Assembly (NCBI GenBank): GCA_964629365.1
Contig: CAZVRB010000005.1
Span: 1-63,605 of the forward strand
Source of the DNA: an uncultured Leptospiraceae bacterium
Lineage (GTDB): Bacteria > Spirochaetota > UBA4802 > UB4802
DNA length: 63,605 nt
Direction: 5' to 3'
Shown: positions 27,019 through 35,400 of the stretch, piece after piece
How the letters are laid out: each line of letters opens with the position of its first letter
Position numbering within the stretch: the stretch's first letter is position 1
Notes under the pieces: generated by a model
Told to the model about the DNA's origin: nothing
The model's input: the letters and a program-made list of their open reading frames with translations, nothing else
The model's database searches: none
Position numbers and translations under genes: made by a program

Positions 27019-27809
27019 AAGTTGGACTCATGGGTATTGGCGGACGAATGGGGGCAGCCCTCCTTGAAACACTGCTGCACAGGGAGCATACCCTTTCCTG
27101 CGCTATCGAGGCGCCGGGATCGCCACTCTCAGGTAGTGACGCGGGTATGCTTTCAGGTGGACAATCCCTGGGTGTTCTGGTTTCGCCTCTTCATGAAACG
27201 GAATTGTCGGGAACTGAAGCGATAATCGATTTTTCATCAACAGAGGGAACAATGTCCCTTTTGCCGGTTGCGGTGGCAGCGTCTATACCGCTTGTGATAG
27301 GAACCACAGGTTTAGGTAAAAACCAGGTTGCTGAAATTGAAGATGCTGCCGGGTCTATTCCGATTCTCTTCTCGCCAAACATGTCTGTGGGGGTCAACCT
27401 TCTGTTCAAGTTAACCGAACTGGTATCCGGGATCCTCGATGAAGGATATGACGTTGAGCTTTTTGAAGCGCATCATCGCTTTAAAAAGGATGCACCGTCG
27501 GGAACTGCGCGAAAGCTTATTGATATAATCAAAAAGGCAAATCCTTCTCTTGCGTCTGCTGATGAAAAACATGGCAGGGAAGGGATGACCGGTGAAAGAA
27601 GCAGTAACGAGATAGGGGTCATGACAATGCGTGGTGGCGATATCGTTGGAGAACATACCGTGTATTACGCGGGAATGGGAGAACGTATAGAACTCACTCA
27701 TAAAGCAACAAGCCGAAATACGTTTGCAAGTGGCGCGGTAAGAGGTGCAGAGTTTATTGCCAAACAGGAGCCTGGCCTCTACTCAATGTTTGATGTTCTG
27801 GGTATTTAG
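27015..27809 (+). CDS. dapB: 4-hydroxy-tetrahydrodipicolinate reductase
   Basis: G..GRMG, IDFS, IGTTG, PNMSVGVNL, EAHHRFKKDAPSGTA, RGGDIVGEH. Confidence 0.97.
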   Translation: MKVGLMGIGGRMGAALLETLLHREHTLSCAIEAPGSPLSGSDAGMLSGGQSLGVLVSPLHETELSGTEAIIDFSSTEGTMSLLPVAVAASIPLVIGTTGLGKNQVAEIEDAAGSIPILFSPNMSVGVNLLFKLTELVSGILDEGYDVELFEAHHRFKKDAPSGTARKLIDIIKKANPSLASADEKHGREGMTGERSSNEIGVMTMRGGDIVGEHTVYYAGMGERIELTHKATSRNTFASGAVRGAEFIAKQEPGLYSMFDVLGI

Positions 27810-28766
27810 ATGGGCGAGAATGAGAAAAAACTACCTGACGATTCTTTAAAGAAAATTGAACAAAACCCATACGACCCTGCGGGGAAAAAACCAGAAGACC
27901 TGGTTAGAATATTCTATTCTCACAATATTCCACTTATGCCGGTTGTTTCAAAAAGGGGAATCCTGCTTGGTGTGTTGAAAAAAGATGAAGTGATCAGGGA
28001 ATTAAGCGATATTGCTCATTCGTCAAATCAGAAAATAGATGAACTGATTCAGCGACTGGCAAAAAAAATGTCGCTGGATGAGCTTCTCCCCCTTGTAGGC
28101 AACGCGAAAGAGTTCATGGTAATCAACCTTTTTGGAGAGGTACAGGGAAGATGGAGCAGGATCGAGCTTTTTTCAGCTTGTGAGCGGGGACATGTAGTTG
28201 AGGAAAGCACGGGTGAAATGGATTCACAGAAGGAAGCCCAGGTGCTGGAATGGATGATCTACCTGATACTTGAACACATTCCCAGGGCATTATACGCGGT
28301 AAACGAAAGAGGAAAAACTATTTTCTATAACAGTTATTTTGAAAAATTATATGATGGCAGTGGTAAAGATGATGTTGATGTCCAGTTAGTCGAAAAGACC
28401 CTGGCTGATCCTGAGAAAAACGAGATATTTACCCGTTATGCACAGGATGATGCCCATTATTTTTATAACCTTGACCTTGCTATATACTATGAAAAGATAC
28501 CAATGGTAAGCAGTGACAGGAAAGTAGGTTACCTGTATTATTGTGACAATGACATCAACAGAAAGGGGGACGTGCTGCTTCCCGGGATTCAGAGTGGGGT
28601 TGAATCCCTGAAAGATATCCTGGATTCCGTTGAGAGGCATGTAATCGTTGAGGCTATCAAGCATAACAATGGAAATACCACTACCGCGGCAGATATGCTG
28701 CAGGTATCCAGAAGTACCCTTTCGAAAAAGTTTAAAAAACATGCTATTGATATCAACGAACAGTGA
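27810..28766 (+). CDS. CBS + PAS-like + Fis-type HTH protein without an AAA+ domain
   Basis: CBS-like IPLMPVVSKRGILLGVL; PAS-like ILEHIPRALYAVNERGKTIFYN; HTH_8-like VERHVIVEAI...NTTTAADMLQVSRSTL; no Walker A/B or GAFTGA. Confidence 0.72.
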   Translation: MGENEKKLPDDSLKKIEQNPYDPAGKKPEDLVRIFYSHNIPLMPVVSKRGILLGVLKKDEVIRELSDIAHSSNQKIDELIQRLAKKMSLDELLPLVGNAKEFMVINLFGEVQGRWSRIELFSACERGHVVEESTGEMDSQKEAQVLEWMIYLILEHIPRALYAVNERGKTIFYNSYFEKLYDGSGKDDVDVQLVEKTLADPEKNEIFTRYAQDDAHYFYNLDLAIYYEKIPMVSSDRKVGYLYYCDNDINRKGDVLLPGIQSGVESLKDILDSVERHVIVEAIKHNNGNTTTAADMLQVSRSTLSKKFKKHAIDINEQ

Positions 28767-28859
28767 CGAAAACTTTTAGTAATCGTAGATAAAAAATGGA
28801 ATTATTTCCACTTGATGCTAATATCTAATTTCAAAGGGTAGCTGTTCTGTATATTTTTC

Positions 28860-28887
28860 TTGACTTAAAATGATTACTGGGTATATT
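28860..28887 (+). promoter_or_regulatory. Putative sigma-70 promoter of rho, implying a leader of about 420 nt
   Basis: TTGACT, 16-bp spacer, TATATT. Confidence 0.45.
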
Positions 28888-29311
28888 GGTATTAATAGGT
28901 TACAATGTTAACTGTATGCCTCCTTGCCTCGAATGAATAATCGATATAGACTAGTGTATTTAAACATTCATGATTTTTAAAAAAAGGTTTAAGGGATATA
29001 GCAACCCGTCATCTTCCTAAAGAGTATATAGTTTTATTTACAATATAATAATACAAAAAGCTTCCAGAGAGGTATACGCACACCCTTCGTGTGTAGTTTT
29101 AATTTGAAAATCGGAATTGATATAGTTAATAAGCAAGATCATTCAACCCTTCAGAATAATATGAGCAATTAAATAATAATGAAATGACCCGGCCCATAAT
29201 GTTGAAAACAGATGCCTGATGCTACGAAAAGAGTATTGTGGAACATGCCGGGAGAAATCTCCAGGTACGTGTATCGCGTACCAATAAATAAAAGTAAATT
29301 AAAGGTGCACT

Positions 29312-30729
29312 ATGAGTAATGAGATGAATGAGTCCGGAACTGAAAACAAGAATACAACCAGGCCCGTCAGCCGGAAAACAGGACAGGGTGGCAAACGTGC
29401 CGGTAATGGCAGTGGTGGAACTACCGGGACAAGCACCCCAAACGGGGATAAAATTATTAAAGAGAACATGAGTGGTAATCGACTGGATCTTGCCGAGTTG
29501 AAGAATAACACTATCAGCGAGTTGATCCAGGTTGCAAAGACAATCGGACTTGACGGGGTATCGGGGCTGAAGAAACAGGATCTCATTTTTGAGATACTGA
29601 AAACCCAGACCGAAAGGAACGGCCTGATATTCTCAAGTGGTGTACTCGAGATACTCAATGATGGATATGGTTTTCTGCGCTCTCCTAATTATAATTACCT
29701 GCCGGGTCCGGATGATATCTACGTGTCTCCATCGCAGATAAGGCTTTTTGGCCTTCGAACAGGTGATACCGTTACCGGTCAGATTCGTCCTCCAAAGGAT
29801 AACGAGAGGTTCTTTGCGCTTTTAAGGGTTGAAGCCGTAAACTTCGAAAATCCTGAAAATCTGCAAAACAGGGTACTCTTTGACAACCTCACCCCGTTGT
29901 ATCCAGAAGAGCGGTTAAACCTGGAGACAATTACCGAAGACGTTGACATGAGGATAGTAAATATAATCACCCCTATCGGACTTGGACAGAGGGCCCTGAT
30001 CGTCGCACCACCAAGAACCGGTAAAACCATCGTATACAGAAGGTGGCGAATGCTATTACTACTAATAATCCGGACATTTACCTCATAGTGCTGCTTATTG
30101 ATGAGCGTCCTGAAGAGGTTACCGACATGGAACGATCGGTACGGGGCGAGGTGGTGTCTTCAACTTTTGATGAACCTGCAACCAGGCATGTTCAGGTGGT
30201 TGAAATGGTGCTGGAAAAAGCCAAAAGGCTGGTTGAACATAAAAAGGACGTGGTAATACTTCTCGACTCAATTACCAGGCTTGCAAGGGCATATAACCAG
30301 GTTGTTCCCACCAGTGGAAAAATTCTTTCAGGTGGTGTTGATTCAAATGCCCTGCATAAACCGAAAAGATTTTTCGGCGCGGCCCGTAACATTGAAGAGG
30401 GTGGAAGTCTTACTATTCTGGCCACGGCACTGATCGATACAGGCAGCAGAATGGACGAGGTAATTTTTGAAGAATTCAAAGGTACCGGTAACTGTGAAAT
30501 ACACCTGGATCGCAAGTTGGCTGACAGAAGAATTTTCCCCGCAATAGATGTCAACAAGTCCGGCACGCGAAAAGAGGAATTATTGCTTGACAAAGAGGAG
30601 CTTAACAAGTTGTGGGTATTACGTAAGGTAATCGCATCAATGAGTTCCACAGAGGCAATGGAGCTTCTTATTGACAAGATGCGGGCCACAAAAAACAACA
30701 GGGCATTTTTTAAAGCCATGAATACATAA
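29312..30729 (+). pseudogene. rho: Transcription termination factor Rho, split by a 1-nt deletion at about 30035 (real lesion or assembly error)
   Basis: ORF 29312-30088 holds the N-terminal half ([24 protein letters not shown]); ORF 30043-30729 holds the rest ([32 protein letters not shown]). Adding one base after GTA (30032-30034) restores ...[14 protein letters not shown]. Confidence 0.93.
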
Positions 30730-30797
30730 TTTTTGTATATTGATAGTAAAAGATTTAAATTGTGAACTGATGAAACGAATAGCACGAGGAGTATAAA

Positions 30798-30998
30798 ATG
30801 AAAAAAGACATTCACCCTGAATATTCTGAAACTACTATAAAATGTGCATGTGGGAACGAGATTAAGACCAGGTCTACTTCAAAAGATCTGCATGTGGAAG
30901 TATGCTCGAACTGTCATCCTTTTTACACGAAGAAACAGAAGATTGTTGACAGTACAGGCCGGGTTGAAAAGTTCAAAAAGAAATACAATATCAAGTAA
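30798..30998 (+). CDS. rpmE: 50S ribosomal protein L31 (Zn-binding type)
   Basis: [27 protein letters not shown]. Confidence 0.96.
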   Translation: MKKDIHPEYSETTIKCACGNEIKTRSTSKDLHVEVCSNCHPFYTKKQKIVDSTGRVEKFKKKYNIK

Positions 30999-31028
30999 TA
31001 ACCGGGCATTTCATAAGACATTGATCCC

Positions 31029-31063
31029 TCAGGGCAGGTGCATCGTACCTGCTCTGATTTATT
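31029..31063 (+). terminator. Intrinsic terminator after rpmE
   Basis: TCAGGGCAGGT / ACCTGCTCTGA 11-bp stem (one G-U) followed by TTTATT. Confidence 0.6.
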
Positions 31064-31204
31064 AATAGTGCACGGGGCAGGTTCCCCAGGCGGAGGATGA
31101 AGTATAGTGTGCAAATATTACACATACTGCTGCCACTGCTCTGTGTAATATCTACACATGTGTAACAAAAATTCCGGGTATTAGTAAAATATTATTGAAT
31201 ATGG

Positions 31205-31233
31205 TTGACGTTTATTAATTATTATTGTATTTT
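31205..31233 (+). promoter_or_regulatory. Putative distal sigma-70 promoter of the sigma-factor gene
   Basis: TTGACG, 17-bp spacer, TATTTT; AT-rich region, so chance matches are possible. Confidence 0.4.
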
Positions 31234-31370
31234 ACACAGGTGACCGCGAAGATGTACAATACATTTGTTAAGATGTAAGTCATCAGGCGACATACTAATT
31301 AGCCATTTATACAATGTATTATCTGCTATTCACACAATCCCGGGAAAAAATATAAATGAAATAATCCCAA

Positions 31371-31388
31371 TTGGTATGAATATTGCTT
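31371..31388 (+). promoter_or_regulatory. Sigma-54 (-24/-12) promoter
   Basis: TTGGTATGAATATTGCTT: GG at 31373-31374, exactly 10 nt, then GC at 31385-31386 (consensus TGGCACG-N4-TTGCW). Predicted +1 near 31398, 28 nt before the ATG. Confidence 0.78.
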
Positions 31389-31425
31389 ATTATATAAGTA
31401 AGTGTTACAAGAGAAGGAGGCAATT

Positions 31426-32262
31426 ATGAGAAGGTATTCTGACGCAGACGACATTTCCATGACAAATTATTTCAGTTCTATTAATGAAGTGAACCTCCTT
31501 ACAAGTGAAGAGGAAGTTACCCTGGCAAAAGCAAAATGTGAGGGTGATGAGAAGTCCAAGGAAAAACTAATAAATGCAAACTTGAGGCTGGTTGTTAAGA
31601 TTGCAAAAAACTATACAAGTCTTGAACCATCTTTGATTGACCTTATACAGGAGGGAAACCTGGGGCTTATCCGTGCAGCTGAAAAGTTCGACTACACTAT
31701 GGGTTGCAGATTTTCAACGTATGCATCCTACTGGATTAAGCATTATATTACCCGATTTATTGCCAAGAGAAGCAGAACGATACGGGTACCCATACGAAAA
31801 GGCGATCTATTTAAAAAAATAAAGAGAGCACAGGATTCACTTGTCAATTCACTTGGTAAGGAACCAAGCCATAAAGAAATAGCTGATATGCTGGGTATTG
31901 AAGAAAAAAGCGTGTCTGATATAATGGAAGTATTTCAGCCAACAATATCACTTGAATACCCGTTGAATGACGATGAATTCAACCTGTATGAAGTGGTGAG
32001 TGATGAGAAATTTCAGTCACCTGACATGGGTATTTACAAGAGAGATCTTAAAGAAGAACTTGAACATGCCATGGAATCTCTCATGGATAACGAGAAACAA
32101 ATACTTAAAAAAAGATTTGGCTTTGAAGATGAAGAACCGGTAACCCTTAAAGAAGTGGGAAACGAATTCGGCATCTCGGCAGAAACAGTTCGCCAGATTG
32201 AAGCCCGTGCCATGTCAAAAATCAAACAGAAGTATTCATTTCTTCAGGATTACATAGATTAG
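31426..32262 (+). CDS. Group-2 sigma-70 family factor, RpoS-like
   Basis: Regions 1.2-4 without 1.1: ANLRLVVKIAK, DLIQEGNLGLIRAAEKFD, RFSTYASYWI, TLKEVG..FGISAETVRQIE. ATG 31426 follows AAGGAGG. Confidence 0.9.
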   Translation: MRRYSDADDISMTNYFSSINEVNLLTSEEEVTLAKAKCEGDEKSKEKLINANLRLVVKIAKNYTSLEPSLIDLIQEGNLGLIRAAEKFDYTMGCRFSTYASYWIKHYITRFIAKRSRTIRVPIRKGDLFKKIKRAQDSLVNSLGKEPSHKEIADMLGIEEKSVSDIMEVFQPTISLEYPLNDDEFNLYEVVSDEKFQSPDMGIYKRDLKEELEHAMESLMDNEKQILKKRFGFEDEEPVTLKEVGNEFGISAETVRQIEARAMSKIKQKYSFLQDYID

Positions 32263-32308
32263 AAGTATACAGGCCATCGATTTAGAATCCGAAGCCGATC
32301 TCACACAT

Positions 32309-32340
32309 ACAAGAGGCAGCCTAAAGGCTGCCTCTTGTGT
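32309..32340 (+). terminator. Strong hairpin (probable terminator) after the sigma gene
   Basis: ACAAGAGGCAGCC-TAAA-GGCTGCCTCTTGT, a perfect 13-bp stem. Confidence 0.75.
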
Positions 32341-32361
32341 ATTATAACAGTTCAAAATTCG

Positions 32362-32390
32362 TTGACAATCCACCCCCGCGTGAATACGTT
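32362..32390 (+). promoter_or_regulatory. Putative sigma-70 promoter of the dikinase-like gene
   Basis: TTGACA, 17-bp spacer, TACGTT. Confidence 0.5.
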
Positions 32391-32464
32391 TAATATTAAA
32401 TATACACAAAACAGTAAATTCTCATGAAATATGTGATAATGAGATTTATTTTGGACTATATCAA

Positions 32465-35400
32465 ATGATAGATCAAGATGTATATGACGTACATAATATT
32501 ATACTTCCAGTAAAGGACAAGGTGGGTGCCAGGAAAAAGGTTGAGAACCTGGTGTCAGAGATGACCCACCCAAATATTGACTGGAAATATATGGTTTCTG
32601 GTCTACGTTCCTACCTGTATGATTATATATACGAACTCGAGGAATACAGCAGCACCGTGTTGCCTGTATTATTTCACTATCTCGCAGAAGCAACCCAGAG
32701 AAAAAGGGGATCCACATTACGTGCGGCAGATACTTTTTTTGACCGGTATATATTTCTCATCCGGAAGGATATATCTGGTGAAACTGCTTTAAGTGAAACC
32801 ACCACGTATTTTGATCACGCGGCAATTGAGTTTTGTGAAATTCTTGAAGAAGACAGCAAAGATGGTTTTTTTCTCGAGGGTGTAAATGAGAGAATACTCA
32901 ACTGCGCAGAACTTTTACTTGAGAGGGATGATGATTACAGTGAAATCGCATACAGGCTTTTAAAACTTCTGATACTACAATATGGAATTTATGTTAGAAA
33001 TGCAGTAGTGATTAAAAATGATGAATTTGAAAAATTGAAGGAAATCTGGCGTCATGATGAAAGTGAGCCGAAAGATGACCGGGATGTTTTACGAAAGCTT
33101 TTATACAGTGTCTCACAAACACAATATGAAGATAGTCTTCAGTCACTTGAAAACCAGGGAGGGAGTAATCCACGAGGGCAACTTGAGTCGTTCAAAAACA
33201 TAATCGATTTTACCCATAACGCGAAAACCTGGGAGAGAATATGTGTTATCAGCAGGGATCTCATCGAAGAGGATGTAATCAAAAACGATAGATACATCCT
33301 GAACCTGTTATCATACCTTGTCGAGAAGTCACAGCAGGGTAATGACTCACAGCTGCAGTTGTTCATGTCACGCACGGTTGCCTCTGTGTGTTCAATACTT
33401 GTCCGAAAGAATAAAACAAATCTTTTACGACAGGTGTTAAACCTTGTGCTGCCACAGCTCTTAAGAGAAATCGAACGGGGTGGAAACTATTATTCCGCCT
33501 TTGCGGCAATATACAACCTGGGTAAAACAATAATTGAGACCGAAAAAGTATACCTGGTTGATCACTTCGTTGACATGCTTGTCAGGTCACGATTCTGCTT
33601 TCCCAGTTTTACCGGTATTGCATCAGACTGGTCGGTGATGGTCAACTCCAGTCACCTTGAGAACATACGTACCTGGATGAGACTGATTGAGTTGAATCCG
33701 CCGCTGATGAAAAAACTTGCTGCCAGCCTGATTGCCAACCTGAAACTCGGGGGTGTCTTTTTAAAGGACACCGATGTTTTCCAGCGTGATGTGTCAAGAC
33801 TTCTTAACAGTGATTATGGTAAAGTCTTTTACCTTATAACTTCTCTGGCCGCCGTGTTTCCCGCGTTCTACCATGATATTGGTGCCACAGGCAACATTCG
33901 TACGTTTACCGAAAGAATTGATACAAATCACCAGATGAATGACATGATCCACTTTATACGCAAGCAGGTGCATGTTGAGTCCAGCAGCCGCACCGTGATA
34001 TTATTGCAGCGGGTCATGGAGTTCTGGATGATCGGTGACAAGACAGTACTTGAAGGCCTTGTTCCCGATGAGGTATACGCCAGCCTTGATCACGTCTACC
34101 GCCTGATAAACCTGGACAATGAGTCAGTGGCCATGCGTATCTATATGGAAATACGTCATGATTTCCCCGAGCTCGTTCATGAAAAATTCTGGGATTTCTT
34201 AAGCAGGGTGGAAAAAAACCGTTTTGTCGAAGCGGTGAAAAACCATGATTTCAAGGACATGGACCCGGATGAGAAAGAAGACGCGTTACGCTGTTTCATC
34301 GAATATTTCAATACAGGGTTTCCCGCCGAGATGACCAAGATGCTGCATCATATAGCTGGAATGTTTGACATAGATACCTCCAGGAAAAAAATATGGCGTT
34401 TCGTATATGAAATTCCTGACGATGATTTTCGACAGCTGTTTGAGAATGTGAGTCGTCTTGACGTCTCGAAGGTAAATGTAGAGAGATTTATTACATTTCT
34501 GCATATATATAGAATGATATTTGATAAGTACAATTTCTCCGACGTACGGGCGGTTGAGAAACTTGAATTGTACGCGGAAGAAGACTTGTTTACTCCCGTG
34601 GATGATCTTTTTAAAGCATTGCGTGGTGATGATGTTTTTTACGCCCTTTCTGTTCTGCTGGAGCAGCAGTATCATCTGAAATGGGATGTCCTTCTTTCTG
34701 ATAAGGTGTTTGAGCCGGTTGACACGATAGAATTTAAACGTCATATCGCTTTCGGAATACCATCCATGTACGGCTCGTACAAGGAGAAAAAGTTCGACAC
34801 GTTGAAAGTCTTTTTTCACTGTAATCTCATACGACAGAGGCTTTTTGAAACACTTATTGAAAAAATAAACATTTATCCCCACGAACCTGTACAATATACG
34901 AACCTGAAAAGGGTATTCAAGTTGTTTATTCAATCATTCGAGGTGGACGGAATCGCCAATTACGAGATGCGCTCTATTGCCAGCCTTCTTGATACACCAA
35001 ACTGTACACTTACCCAGTTCAGGGACATCGTAAAAAGTCTTCTGGATATTCATGGGGAGATATCGGATACATTTAACGATACATTCAAAGTTGTCAGCAA
35101 GGTGGCGGTAAAAAATATCGGTATTGAGAATATTCATGCCGACTTTATTCCCCCCGATCAGCCGGATAATCCCGAAGTGATCATTGATCGTTTTATGAGA
35201 AACCAGATAATGCAGTCACCACTCCTGCAACTGATGGACAACCTGCTGCTTCGGCTGAAGCTGCACCTGGCAAAGGTTACCGGTTATATTGAAGACCAGG
35301 TGGTACTTAACAAGGTGAATCGTCGTACACACAGGGGAAACCTTGTGCAGCCAATCAGGAAAAGCGAATCAGCGGAGAGGATGGACGAACTGTTCGTTCC

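Noticed and set aside
30015-30045. Programmed -1 ribosomal frameshift in rho
   Set aside because: No X-XXY-YYZ slippery heptamer. Slipping on the only A-run (30023-30026) would turn the Walker A GKT into GKNHR, and I see no stimulatory hairpin. A deletion or assembly error is simpler.
30192-30815. 207-aa antisense ORF over rho
   Set aside because: S/L/I-rich shadow frame of a conserved gene.
31064-31110. SRP RNA or other known ncRNA after rpmE (GGGGCAGGTTCCCC hairpin)
   Set aside because: It lacks the SRP GGAA loop and AGCAG motif or any other signature I recognise; only a weak 4-bp stem.
34286-34933. 215-aa antisense ORF inside the dikinase-like gene
   Set aside because: Shadow ORF with no motif or clear RBS.
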